Shown: in pieces, positions 1-13,510 of the stretch
Numbering within the stretch: the first letter of the stretch is position 1
How the letters are laid out: every line of letters starts with the position of its first letter
Position numbers and translations under genes: made by a program
Notes under the pieces: model-generated
Databases searched by the model: none
What the model was told of the DNA's origin: nothing
Seen by the model: only the letters and a program-made list of their open reading frames with translations
NCBI GenBank assembly: GCA_977030845.1
Contig: OZ365109.1
Span: forward strand, 17,608,001 to 17,672,000
Source of the DNA: Fimbriosthenelais zetlandica
Taxonomy: Eukaryota
Reading direction: 5' to 3'
Length of the DNA: 64,000 nucleotides

Positions 1-3000
1 ACCAATGGTTTGACAACTTTTCAACGGATGCTCTTCCAAGCCAAAAAGAGTGGCTCCCAACGAAAGGAAGTCCAAGAGGCCGTCAACTCTTATTATGGCG
101 AGGAATCCCCCATGGTAAGCTCCATTGATTAAAGCTATACATTAAAGTCGTGTAAAAGAATTAAAGGTTTACTAAAACACAAATACTCGTATGCCCCAAC
201 CCCTCAAGAAAAATATATTTCTGGAACTAAAAATGGCACAACCAAATTTATGTGCAAAGTGACTTTGCAGCCACTTGAAACCCATATTAATATAATTAAA
301 AATGTTCAGATTCTTTTGCACTGCCCAACTTGTTTATACATTCAATGACCATAGTGAAACAAGGTATCCATTAATATTTCTCAATTATACCTCCTTTTTC
401 TTTTATAAAGGACTTAGATTGGATCAGCAAAAGTTCGCTCAACAATCTTCATGATGTTCATCAGTTATATACGAAAAGTCAACCCTTGAAGAAGGAAACG
501 CGTAATATATTTGTGACCGGAATGATGCAGGACATCAGGGACGACTTCCAAGTAGGTTTATTAAGATATTGAATTCCTAAATACAGAGAATATATGTGGA
601 ATTTGTATTCTAAGAAAGCCCGTTTTAAAATACTGTAAAACAGATTTGTATATATGTAATTGATATGTATAAATGACAAAAATGTAAACAAAAATACTAA
701 TTCCTTATGTCCTTACTATAAAATGTAATTATTCTTGTAGAATTTGATGCTTTACTGCTCACGGGATGTGGAAGCTACTCATGAGATTTTCCAGCATCTG
801 TGGCCAGTGTTTTGTAAAAGGTAATATCTTCCTGCCATGTGCTTTCTGATTTGTGACGTTTTGCTAATTCTTACATTATTCTAAATATTTCTAATTCTTA
901 TAGGTCTCCTGATTTTCATGGATTTACCCATTGTTTCCAAATTTTATTGAATGCCATATGTTTCTGTTTGCAGATTCCCTCATCCTGTGACGTTTGGCGG
1001 GATGTTAGAAATGAGCACAGCATACCTGCCAGTCAACCGTAACTGGCTTCGCTATATTGAGGCTTCCCAAAATATCTTCAATACCCTACAGCACGAGCTC
1101 AAAGTCACGCTCATGGGGCTAGCTAACAGTGGCTGCAAAATGCTCAAAGACCAAAGGTAGGCACCTCAAACCCTCTTCGTGTTTCCACATTTTTTTTTAG
1201 CTCTAAATCTTTTTTCATGAAAGAATTTAAATTAGGATGTTCATAAGGACATAAACATCCCATTTTCAATTTCCTTTTATATACAGGCATTTTGAATAAG
1301 TTTACTCCAATAAAAATGAATTGCTAAAACTGATCTATGATATCCTTGCTTTCCATTTATAAATTCAGTTACAAGAAGGATGTGTGGCTTTGGGATTTGG
1401 ACTGGACTTGTCAAAAACCGCGGATGAAGAAGATTAAATATCCAAAGAAAATGGAAGTAAGTTGAATCCCCACTATAGTGTATTCCATGTATAGGGTTTA
1501 GAGATGACAAAACTTATTTTACCACCCCAAAAATTATGAAATTATGCTACGGTTTCCAAACATTTTCACAGTATTTTCGAGCTGTTTTCAACTTGTTTGT
1601 GGACAAATTTGATGAGTCAATTTATCCAATCTGTTTATAAATTTACTGTAGATTCACAATAGTCAATTTGTCATATTTTCATACTTACAGGATGCTACAG
1701 CTAAAGAGAAAGCAGAATATGCGATAAAACTTGCTCATGAGTCCAGACCAGCCCGTCCTGTACACATGCCTGGCTACCCACAGTAAGTTTATCTAATTTA
1801 AAAAATTAACCCCCAGTTTTATTTAGTACATTTGTTCTTAAGTACCATATTGTTCCCACGTTTTCCCTCATGTGTGGATAATTTTCCATGTAGTTCTTTA
1901 CAAGTTGATGATGAAGCGGTAAAAGGTTTGAGCACTCGCATCATTTCTATGATGAAACTGGCCTATTCAATCGCGCTCTTCTTTGTGGGTTTTGTCAGAA
2001 GTTAGGTACACAAACCCTTTTCCGGGAGCGTACATTAGTAATGTTTGTAATCCACAGAACTTGGTGGGAGACCGAGCCTAGTTCCTTAAACCAAACAAAC
2101 AGGGGAGTTCGAATTGAACTTAATACAAAAATAATTCTGATTGATAAGGTGCAGTAGTAGTTATGGAAAGAGCCAGTGCAAATGATGACCCGGCAATTCT
2201 GAAACTTATGAACTTATGAATAATTATGTGTCTTTATATATAGAGTGAAAACAAATTGGAGAATGAATAATTTTAGAAACAGACTTACTGTCCAACCGTC
2301 AGTCTACAATATTATTTCTAAACTTCATTAAACGCTTATTTTAGTGCGATTTCAACTCGCTGGATTCAATGTTACATCCATTTGTGAAAAGAATTAAAGA
2401 AGAGTTTTCATGAATATTTTTCTAGATGGTATCGAGAGTTGTGCCCCAGGGACTCGGAGCTAGGTGGTGATGTCATACCAGGGCCGTCTAAGATATCCAC
2501 GTTAAAAAGAGTAGTTCCTAAACTTCTCCGTCTCACCTACCAGGGCTACCCGCTGCACTACAGCCGCCAGCTGGGCTGGGGCTATCTGGTACCCGGCAGA
2601 GACATGAGCACTCCCGAGGAGGAGATGGAGAGAGAATTAGCTATGCAGGAGGAACAGGTTGATGGTTGCACAGGAGAATATGTCTTTCCACTCAGGTAGG
2701 CTATTTGATTTTGGAGAAATTTTTTTTTTTTTAGTTAGAACTTGTATAGAGCCTTTTATGGGTCAATACCAGCTCACACTCTTGATTATAGTGGTCGAGT
2801 TCATTTCCAATCAAATATAGCTATTATAGCAAATACACCACTTTTAGAATATCATTTTCGACTTCCAGAAATAGGAAAATAGGAAAACGTGAATAACCTG
2901 TCACCCTGATATTCTCAAAGAGATGTGTACGACTGTATACATATGTATAAACATTTTATGTAATGATGATTATACATGTAGAACCTTTAACTATATAAAC

Positions 3001-6000
3001 ATGAAAATAGCTAATCTAGAGCTAATACAAATTTATGCGCGTTTATGGAGAAATGGCCAGTCCGAAGGCGAAGGAGTAAGTTATTTAAGAGTTTTAAACG
3101 CAGCATGTAATGACGACAAATAATCTGCTGGGGGTTTAAGTCAGCAGATACTGCCTGAGAGTTCCATGTTCCATGGGATGAGATATCCTAGATTGACGCA
3201 CCATTTGTGAATGCGAACAAAGCGCTTTTCCTATTTCTGGAAGTCGTATGTGACTTTATACCTTGGAATATGTCTGAGTTCAGTTCAAATCTAAAGTCAC
3301 CATCATATAATAGAGATAACATGGTAATCGCTTATTTCACCTTATGAATTCTTTTGTTTTAGTGAGCTATACGAGGTTTGTAAAGAAGCCTTGAAGCGTG
3401 AAATTTCCCGGGAGGAGGTTAGCGAAGAACTGCGTTCATCAATTTTTGAAAAACTAGAGATGCAGAACTTTCACGATCCGGACACATCTTCACTGTGGGA
3501 GCAACTTGCTGCCCAATGGTCATGGAAACCTAAACAGATGAAGGTATCAGATTATTAATTGTGTGAATTCACTATTATTTCCTCTATGAGCCAATCTTTG
3601 TCATATTGTGTAAAAATGTTTGGCAATTTTGCAACTGATCATGCTTGCACTTTATGTGCGTTGGAGCTAAAAGTATGAATTGATTGGAGACTGCAGTAAA
3701 ATTCTACCGTTCCAGTCCGGAACCCCAATGTTGTCAGGACCCTGGTTTCATGAAGGTGACGGTCCTTATGCAGAAGTAAACATTCCTGGTTGCTGGTTCT
3801 TCCGCCTTCCACACAAGGTAAATTGTGTTTGATTAAAAAATCTTTTCTATAATTAAAATTAATTTAATTTGATTTCATATAATCTCTTACGAAAATTGTT
3901 TTACAAGAATTTCATATGAAAATACTGAGTCCAACTTTCTCATTGAAAAGTTTGATTACAGGATGGAGCAGGGAATAGTACTGGGAACCCCTTATCCAAA
4001 GATAACCTCAAACGTATTGAAAGTGGCGAGATGAAGGCCAACAGTGGCACTAATGTTAATACAGTTCTCAAGAGGCATATATTCTGCTCATATTGGAAAA
4101 ATAATGAAGATCGCATACGGTAAGCTTAAGGCATTCAGGACTTTGTCTTCAGAGTCAATTAATTCTCGATATCCCTTATAAATAGTTGAAGATTTGCAAA
4201 CGTTCAAAAATATTTGACACTCGTGGAAAGTTTTATCAGAAAAATACCTCATGTCTAGAGAACTACTTTATACAGCACGTGGTATTTTTAATCAATCATT
4301 TACTCAAAATACATGGCAATTAAAGATTCGGAATCAAGTTAATGATGATAGTGTAAAAGGTTTGAGCACTTGGGTCTTTTCTATTCCAAAACTGGACCTT
4401 TCCATCGCGCTTTTGTTCGGGGAGGCCAGAGCTAGAGACAGCAATAGGCCTTTGGTACTGAGCGTACAAGAAAAAAAATGTGTTTGCCAAGAGGAGCAGG
4501 GTTAAAGTTGACCCTGGTCTGACCAGAAAAAAACATACAGAAGGTTTGCATTTATTGTAAGCCACTTATTTTAAGATGGAATAGGGACATTAGTAGGTAT
4601 GGTAAAGCCGGGTGCATATGATGACCGATTCACTCTGAAACTTGACTAAACATTTGTGGTTATCGATTTTTTGTTAAGGAAATTTTATTGCGATTATACT
4701 TAGGTTTTTGGTGCAATTTGTCTTAATTTACTTTCTTTTTCTCTCCCCAGGTCCCAGATTGTCGTACGCCTTGATCGAGATGATCTTCCAGATACTGTCT
4801 CAAGGTCAGTAACGCGTTTTGATTGTACCATCTTTTTTTAATTGAAAAGTGTTTAACTGCTATCTATGTAATACAAAAATAGTAGAACAGAAATAAAGGG
4901 AAGATGACTTAACAAAAGAGGAAAAATAGAAACAAACGAGAGAATACATGAGGGAGAGAGGAAAGAGACGGATAACGGTAGGATTAGTCGCAAGCAAGAA
5001 AGAGAAGAAAGTGCAGTAATATATTTTATTTCTGTTTCAATCTCCAGCAAATGGATTGAGGAGTTAAGGTAGTACATACTTTAACTTGGTATTGACATCA
5101 CTTGTGACCCCTATTGAATCTTTAATGCACCCACCTTGTTGAATTATTAACTTTTTATAAAATGAATGGACTGGAGAGATGATTGGACTGTGTTCTATTT
5201 TCTCATTTTCTTCTAATTTTATTTGTATCCACTATTATCTACCACTCTCCATATTTTTTCTCCCCACGGAATTCATGTCATGTTTTGTGTGTGGGTATGA
5301 AACCTCTAAATTGATTTTACTACTCTGTTGTTGGACCGCACTCTGTGTGATTGTGAATATTCTTGGTCGTTTTTTTCTATCCTGCGGAATCAATACTTTG
5401 TTACTCACTTCTGCATGGTGCACTTCGTCTGTCTTTTTTTCTTAATTTAAACTAATGATAAGCATGATGCAACGAAAAAAATTCTGCATTTTTTTCCAGA
5501 TATTTTTTCACATTTATTCCCTATTCATACCTTTGTGACACCACCCGGAACAAAAAAGGTTACAAGTTTCATTTCCTACCCACAAGGGTTTGCAGGAAGT
5601 GCAGGTCAAGAAGGGTCAGATACGGTCGCATTGAAGTGGGGACCTCGCTCTCTTTCTATGTTGTTCATATTTTTTCCAGATATTATGAATAGATTCTGAT
5701 ATAATTTTTCTTTACATTCTTACAGGGACAGTGGTTATGACAGCGAGACATTCTTTGGTGCTATTCTCCCGCGAGTTGTGACAGCTGGAACCGTCACAAG
5801 GAGAGCAGTGGAATCCACCTGGCTGACGGCCAGCAATGCCAGAGTATGTATAATTATCACTATAAATGATAACATCCGTTTATTTTATATTAGATCAATT
5901 ATTACTTATGAAAACCTGCTAAGATTTGCCCAAGTGCTGGGGTCATTGAATGTAAATATATTGACTTTTTGAAGAAACTGGTCCTTTGGAATGGTCGTCA

Positions 6001-8678
6001 AAGATTTATGTTCTAATTTTTGGTTTAATTCTTGGTTATTGTCAGGAGGACCGCATTGGGAGTGAGTTGAAGTCCATGATACAGGCTCCCCCGGGGTATA
6101 AATTTGTGGGTGCGGACGTGGACTCTCAGGAGTTGTGGATTGCCGCTATACTTGGCGATGCCAACTTTGCTGGAATGCATGGTAAGATATTTCTATTTCT
6201 ATTTTCTCATTTTAAGGTACCATGTCTTGTCCCAAAGCCAACACAGCATATCTGTATGAATTCAAAGGGAAAATGAAATTCTCTTGCGTAGGTAGAAAGT
6301 GATACATTGATAAATGATATTGATTGGTGGCTTTTTCTTGCTCGCAGGCTGTACAGCTTTTGGTTGGATGACTCTGCTGGGGAACAAGGCTGAGGGAACT
6401 GATCTCCACAGCCGAATAGCCGAGCAGGTCGGCATTACTAGAGAGCAAGCTAAGGTGGGTGTTGGTTTCAGCTTCCCCACTGGTCTAGTCTTATTTGTTG
6501 TATCCGATATACATCATTTTAAGATTTTCCCCCAAATTTTTAATGATTTTCTAATGGAAACCTTTGGGTGAAAATATTGTATCAAATCTGACATTTTTTT
6601 TTCAGATATTTAATTATGGTCGTATTTACGGTGCTGGGAATCGTTTTGCCGAGCGCTTGCTCCAACAGTTCAATCCGAAAATGCCTGTTGTTGAAGCCAA
6701 GAAGAAAGCCACTGCGCTCTATACTTACTCCAAAGGTAAACGGAAACGAATAATGGAGGATCCAGATGATGAGACGACCTACAGTCGGGTCTGGTTTGGT
6801 GGAACGTAAGTAAAAGTTAAATGTCGCGTTTGAAAAAACATGGTATATAATAATAGTGATTTATATAGATATACTGATTTCAGATAATTTCAGAATTACT
6901 TTTTACAACAATCAGTCGACTGGAATACATGAAAAGTACAAAATAATAGTAATTAAAAGTTAATAATGTTTTTTATAGGTAATGCCTTTTGAATTTTAGA
7001 GGTGCAACCCAAAAGCAAATAACCCCAAAACCTAAGTTCCAAAATAAAACTTAACTCTATCTGTTTCTTTACTGAACATTTGTCTTCGTTTTTTAGGGAA
7101 TCCTATATGTTCAACATGCTGGAGTCTATTGCCAATTCTTCTGGTCCGAGTACACCAGTTTTGGGTTGTAAAATCAGCAAGTCACTGGAGCCGCGACATG
7201 TCAGTTCACATGTGAGTACTGTGTCATAATTATGATTTAGTATAATTCTAATTTGAAATTCTCAAAAAATAATGTATAATCATGCCATATTGTGGTGTAA
7301 GGTACCTCTTCAAACCCTCCCCGCATATTGGTCAGTTTTATTTTCAAGGAGCTTCCCTTTTGTCAAATAGAGGAGTCAATTTTGCTTACTGACTTCTGTT
7401 CAATATTTGTTTGGATACCAGATTTGAAAATTATTTTGAAAAACTAAATATTAATCCTAAATACTGACTCCCTAGGAACCAGTGATTTTAGTCTGGCATT
7501 CTAATAAACATTGATTTGGGTTATAATGCATTTTCATAATATAAATGAACAAACTAAACAGAACAAAAAATACAGCAACTTTCATATTATATTCTTGATA
7601 TAAAAAACAATAAATTTATAATTTAAAAAATTGTCTTTTCAGTTCATGACAAGCCGTGTGAACTGGGTAGTACAGAGCTCGGCTGTAGACTACCTCCACC
7701 TTATGCTCGTGTCTATGCGCTGGTTGCTGGACGAGTACCATATTGACGGCCGCTTTAGTATCAGCATCCATGATGAGGTGCGGTACATGGTGTGTGAGCA
7801 GGACGTACTGCGAGCTGCTCTTGCCTTACAAATCACTAACCTACTCGTCCGCTCCATGTTTGCCTACAAGCTAGGCATGAACGATCTACCACAGGTGGGA
7901 TACATTCCTAATGTATTCAACTATAAAACAATAGAAAAACATCAGCATAACTTGAAATTTATAAAATTTGCAGGGAGTTGGGGTAGTGGCTCCAACCAGT
8001 GCTGCTAACTGGGATTCCTATATCAAATGCTAGCTATATAGGCCAGGCATATTTAGGGAGGAGTAGAAATTGTGTCCCGACAGCATTTTTCCTCTCGTCC
8101 TCAGAACATTAGATGTAATACATGATATAATATTGAATTTCACCCTCCGTTATGGGTCTATTTTTCTAGAAGACTTTGTGGACTGGAAAATATTTAAATT
8201 TCCGAAGAAAATACAACCGATTTTCAATACTTAATAAATGGGGGTTGTTTACAAGTTGAGCATGTTGATTGTTTCAGGCTGTCGCTTTCTTCAGCAGCGT
8301 GGATGTAGACACTTGTTTGCGGAAGGAAGTCAATATGGATTGTGTCACACCTTCCAACCCTCAAGGCATGCATCGAGGTTACAACATACCTCCAGGTATG
8401 AACGACCCAATAATTTACCAATGCTTATAATATTTTAAAATAAATTTATGAATTCTCATTCCAAGCATATTGTATTCTATATTACAATCCTGTTAAAAAA
8501 TTGTTAAAGTGGAGATTAATTTTTCACATTTTTCTTTGCAGGAGAATCTTTAACTATTTATGACATTATCAAGAAGACGAACGGATCCTTAAACAAGACA
8601 GAGAAAGACAGCGAAGCGCCATTGGTAGATGATGCAGATATAGACAGTGCTACAGAAGACATGTACTCACAAATATAA
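1..8678 (+). CDS. POLG: Mitochondrial DNA polymerase gamma catalytic subunit, 5'-truncated by the window edge, 19 exons visible
   Basis: GT-AG exons in continuous frame: 1-114, 411-551, 741-820, 974-1156, 1369-1456, 1691-1782, 2426-2695, 3363-3543, 3716-3817, 3962-4119, 4751-4804, 5726-5843, 6046-6181, 6348-6454, 6606-6805, 7097-7211, 7643-7894, 8278-8395, 8542-8678 (TAA). Pol gamma motifs: [52 protein letters not shown], motif [13 protein letters not shown], motif [13 protein letters not shown], motif [10 protein letters not shown]. Confidence 0.97.
1902..2207 (+). ncRNA. Intronic long box C/D RNA, U87/U88 (SCARNA5/6)-like scaRNA, copy 1
   Basis: In POLG intron 1783-2425. Terminal stem AAGTT(1902-1906)/AACTT(2203-2207); C box ATGATGA 1908-1914; guide GTAAAAGGT 1919-1927 complementary to U5 loop 1 GCCUUUUAC; D'-like TTGA 1928-1931; C' ATGATGA 2182-2188; D box CTGA 2199-2202. 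A paralog lies at 4334-4645. Confidence 0.8.
4334..4645 (+). ncRNA. Intronic long box C/D RNA, U87/U88 (SCARNA5/6)-like scaRNA, copy 2
   Basis: In POLG intron 4120-4750. Perfect 7-bp terminal stem TCAAGTT(4334-4340)/AACTTGA(4639-4645); C box 4342-4348; guide GTAAAAGGT 4353-4361; D'-like TTGA 4362-4365; C' ATGATGA 4618-4624; D box CTGA 4635-4638. Shares the 18-nt block GTAAAAGGTTTGAGCACT with copy 1. Confidence 0.8.
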
Positions 8679-8915
8679 TTTTCCCAAGTTAAAAAATTTG
8701 CATCGAAATCAAGAATGGTATTTTTTAGTTTTTATTGACGACAAATATTGGAGAAGAAAAAATATTTCAGAATGCACAAAATGTTGTCTTATAAATATGG
8801 AAATGAAACGAAACTGTCATAGCCTATTAGAAAAATATAAACCTGTTTTCACAAGAAGGAAAATTGTCTTATGTACATATATTTTATATAAGGAAATATA
8901 GACATTTTCTAAGTT

Positions 8916-9005
8916 ACTGGCAGTCAATGGAACCACTTCTGGCAGTAGGCCTATTTTAATATTGCCAATTATGGTAATGCTGGTGCTTTTCCATTGACTG
9001 CCAGT
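8916..9005. repeat. 17-bp perfect inverted repeat enclosing 56 nt, just 3' of the POLG stop
   Basis: ACTGGCAGTCAATGGAA (8916-8932) and TTCCATTGACTGCCAGT (8989-9005). Confidence 0.7.
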
Positions 9006-10509
9006 GTAATCAATAGCTACCTATATCTTTACTATATCCAGGTAAATCTAGGTCTTTCTATTTAGCTATTTATCGTCCCTTTGTCACTTTCTTCCCTATT
9101 GCTTTTAAGTGTATCAATTTCAGTTGACACAAGGCTCTCAGCTGATAAACCCACTGAATCATATGCAGTTTTTTTCGCAGCTCTGTGAAATTAACCTGAG
9201 GGACATCTTCAAATCCAACATGATCCACTTAGATGGAACTTTTTAACGGCAAATAGACAATTTCAATCTCAGCCTGTATATATATAAACTGCACGAGAAA
9301 CATTTCGTATCAACATCAATATGATATAAGACCCAATCACTAGATATATTGCATATATATCACATGTGGATTTATGATAAATCACAGATAAAATTTATTT
9401 ATGATAAAGACACTACTGAGAAAGTACACCACTGAATGAATGGTCCATAAATAGGTGTAATATTGGACTACATACTTCACGAGTGACTAGTCGACATCAC
9501 AGACTTGAAACAGTGAAGAGAAATTCTGTATAGTTAAGTTAACGGTTCAAAAATGCCCGAAAACGAACTGTAATATCCCAGCAGAGGAGTCCTTTGCGGG
9601 ATTATCTATTGGGCAAGTTTCATTTATCTGTTATTCGGTTGATTTTCTTCAACCAAAAAGTATACATTGAGTGTATTTAGGAAACCACATCTCTCACTGT
9701 TTAACTATTAACATTTCTTATTTTTGTTATCGATCTTGTTTAGAGATCCTGGTTTTTATCAGCCTTCCAGTCTTGATTAGGATAAAACATCAATAATCTC
9801 AGTGCAGAATAACTTGGTCTACTAATATTTTAGATTAAAATATTCGCATTTGAATATATACATAGTCATGTAACCATAATAAATATTGTTCATCCTAAAA
9901 AAATCATACGATGCAAAACATGCTGACTAGCCATCTGATTAACTGGATAAAATATGGGGAACAAAATATTTTCGACAAAAGTCAAGATTGCCTGATACCA
10001 GCAAAACTGTTCTACAGTTTGTATATCTCAGTTGAGAAACGTTCTACATTAATTTATATGTATACTCATAACCGATACCAATAAATGCAATGACATTTTT
10101 AAAAAAATTGAAGATTACATTTTCATTTTTCAAATGCCTTCCTGGAATGATCACAGCACTAGATTGTTCACAACAAGTGATATTGAAATACTCATAATGT
10201 AAATTTATCACCTTTCACATATATTATATAATGTCACTTTTTTGCTCAATAATATTAAAAACTCAGGCAAGATTTTCACCAACTACATTGGGGATATTGT
10301 AACCATCATCGCAAAAAATATGTATTATAAAAATTATTTCTTACACATGATAATTAGAAATACTTTAAAATTGTACCTGAAATATTCGTTAGCAGTATTG
10401 TATTTGAAAACACCAAACACTAAAACTACTCACTATTTGACACAAATGTAAAAATACCACAATCATACACACTATTCAAACAATATCAAATCAAATTCGG
10501 AATCCAATT

Positions 10510-13229
10510 TCAATTGAGATTTCCAGCCACAAGGCCTGATGGCACTGACTTATGGGACCTGAGTGAGGCCCTACTGTTGTTCATGGACTGGTTTGATCGG
10601 ATAGATGCCCTACTGTGGGACACTCTCTTGAAATCAGTCTCAGAAGCGTGAGGTGAGGTGGGTTGTCGTTTGAGTTTGTTAATGAGGAACCTGTGGAGGA
10701 GATTGTTGACGAGCTCCGGCTGTTCCATCATCACCATGTGACTCGCTCCTTCTATCACCTCAAGGATTGAGTCGCTCAGCACCTAGAGAAAAATGGAGTC
10801 AAAAATGAGACCTTATAAACCTATAAAAACCTAAATTGTTGCACTTGAAAAATCTTTAAAAACCTATATTTAAAGAAACTATTTAAAAACCTATAAGAAG
10901 GCTGGCACTCAGAAGCCTGATATTCAATTGCTGTACAATTCCACAAAATATAATTCCCCATTTACCGAAATAGCCTCTATTGGAATAGGCCTGGATTCAG
11001 GGACTAATCCTATCTGCTATTACTATTAGTACACTTCAACCTCTTTTTGTGCAATATAGCCATGCTCTATATGCTATAGAACACTTTGTAGGCAGGCACT
11101 ATTGAACATTATAGTGCACGGTCAATTTTCGCCTAAAATAAGTTTCACCCAGCATGGCCGGGAATTGAAACCAGGAACTCCTGACATGAAAACCTACTCC
11201 GTAGATGAACGCCAACTAATCCACAATATAAAAAATGCAGTAGAAGACTCACCCTGTCCATTTCATGCGTTTCTTCGCATGTGACAAGTTTATCTTGGCG
11301 GCCGTAGATGAGTAGTGTTTTGGCCGTCAGCAGTCTGTGGTAATCCTCCCCTCCCGCCAGCCACACCTGACCGTTCATGGTGTGCTTCAATACGTGGGTG
11401 GGAATGTCAAACGCCCGACCCATGAGAGCATGAGATTTCTTTCCATGGAATGCACTTCTGTTTAGGGAAAAATAGGGTAATGTGAATTTAAATTATGTCT
11501 AAAATATGCCCCCTGGAAATGGTGAATCTACAAAGAAGGTGATTCGTGTGAGTAATGACTTTCAACATAAATGCATTATTTTCAACACAAATTTTATGAT
11601 ATGAAAAATGTTGCCAATACTATCTTTTTACATAAATTTGGCTGCACACATTTCCTATGTTCGGATTTTGTTCTTGGAACATCTTCTGAATTACAGTACT
11701 TCCAATGGGAATCTTGTAACTCTAAAATAGAAGGTAAATATTTCGACTTACCTTCTAAACCCCCTATCGAGAAGTGGTTTAAAGCAGTTTAATATCCACA
11801 TCGGAGCAGAGAATGTGCCAGGTTGAGGAGCGAGCGGTGTGGGACTACCCCCACTCACCATAACTAGCTGCGTCACCAGCCGAGATCTCAACCGTGCTAA
11901 AACTGTGGCAAAACTTGACCTGGAATGGTGAACCAAAAAATTAGTTTAAAAATAATTATAAAGAAAATATTAGATCATGAATAATCAGTAATAATTTGAA
12001 AATAAAACCATTGAAAGAGCATGGGGAAAAAAGAACATTATGTACTGTAAATAATGTTCCAGTGCATATCCAGCTTAATTTTTTATGCAACACTTTGGAA
12101 TTACTTTATCCACCACCTCAAGTAAATGTTTTCATGCCACTCTAATTCTTTGAATTACCTACCCATATGAATGGCCTACGACCATGTTTTTTCTCTTGCA
12201 GTAGAGATCAAAGATAACTAAGAGATCGGCTGCGATCTCCTGGAAGTGATAAGCCTGGGGATCTTCGGGGGTACAACTAAAGCCATGTCCGATAAAATCT
12301 GGTAGAACCACCTCATACCCTTCCCTCATAAAATGATCAGCCTGGGCTTGCCAAATGGCCGAGGATCCGCCCACCCCGTGTATGAAAAATATCACAGTTT
12401 GTTCTTTAGCTGGGTCTAGAATTTTAGGGGGTGGAGTTGTATTATCAAGGGAGACACTCCTCTTTGGTATATTATTATCACTGTTCAATTTTTGTTCAAA
12501 ATTCACATCGACGACAATATTTTCGGCAGTGGTGGTTGATATATTGGCCAGTTCTTGACCAGCTCTTGGATCATCCACCCGACGAGCACCGCGAATGAAT
12601 GTAGGCGACCCTAGGACTAAGGTACCGTTGCCATCATCATCAGTATTAGTACTAGAATGTCTGCTACGTTTCCCAGATCTCACACTGCCTTTCCTCACAT
12701 CAAAATTAGACTGTCCTGAAGACTCCCTGGATAATGCTTTCTTCATTTGTTTTTCAAGTTCAGGACTATCAGCCCTGAAGCTTAAATTGTCCTCGCCTCT
12801 GTAACTCTGGCCTGTGTCTTGGTCGTGATAACTTTGATATGATTCCAGCTGCACTCCACCATTGGAGTGTTTTGGGGCCTGTTCTGGACTGGCATTTTGT
12901 TGGTCCATTCTCCCCGGTTGAGGTATGTTCCATGACTTGCCATGAGTTCCGTACTTGCCACTGCGTACTTGAGCTGCCATGAATTTTTCCATTTCATCTT
13001 GGAAGCGTTCTTCTCTCTTTCTGGGGTTGAGGTGGATAATACGCAGGTGGCGACCTGGTCTGATCTCCAGCAGGTCATAGCCCGGGTAGGTGCCTAAGGC
13101 AGGCTGGATTTTGGGGGACCTGCCCCCACAGCAGCAGAAACAGCATGATAAGGAGGTGGGTGATTCCGGGGAGGAGTGAGGATCTCGAATGGGTGAGGAT
13201 TGGTGCTGCTCTGGAGAAGCTGTAGCCAT
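10510..13229 (-). CDS. ABHD8: Alpha/beta hydrolase ABHD8-like, about 570 aa
   Basis: Coding exons 13229-12163, 11919-11752, 11457-11253, 10782-10510 (1713 nt, in frame). Motifs: FFIHGVGGS, PDFIGHGFS, nucleophile elbow GHSYG, acid YGRQDKLV, catalytic His in GASHMVMME; N-terminal Cys cluster and GYDLLEIRPGRHLRIIH resemble ABHD8. Acceptor at 13284; probable 5'UTR exon with donor at 14158. Confidence 0.9.
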
Positions 13230-13475
13230 ACCGGTACTCCTCCAGTGTGACAGGGGCAGCTGGCATTTTCATAGGCGACTGGTTCTAGAAAATAGAAAAA
13301 TGGGTCATCAACAAGATACTATTTTTTTTAATATTTCTCGAATCTAATTTTTTATATATAGGCCCTATAAATTCTGCCACAGTTTAGGCTATTCTAATGA
13401 CTGAAATGGCAGGCATGGCTAGTAGGAGAGTTAGGCCCTATAAATATTTGCACAGATATATTTGTATAAAAATAA

Positions 13476-13510
13476 CCCCCCCCCCCCCCCAAAAAAAAAA
13501 AAAAAAAAAA
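13476..13510. repeat. Abutting poly(C)15 and poly(A)20 homopolymers in the ABHD8 5' intron
   Basis: Read directly from the sequence. Confidence 0.85.

Noticed and set aside
1-455. Second open frame across the first visible POLG exon into the next, reminiscent of POLGARF
   Set aside because: It is only about 52 codons, plausible by chance, and lies downstream of the region where the mammalian overlapping ORF is described.
1919-1936. AAAAGGTTTGAG resembles the RNase P RNA CR-I region, and TCATTTCTAT resembles U3 box A
   Set aside because: No matching P4 partner in copy 2 and no U3 box order. The C/D architecture with an exact U5 U41 register explains the sequence better.
3034-3150. Two hairpins in a POLG intron (ATGC-GCGTTTA/TAAACGC-A-GCAT and ATCTGCTG/CAGCAGAT)
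   Set aside because: The second hairpin is too short for an H/ACA RNA and there is no convincing ACA box; more likely a repeat remnant.
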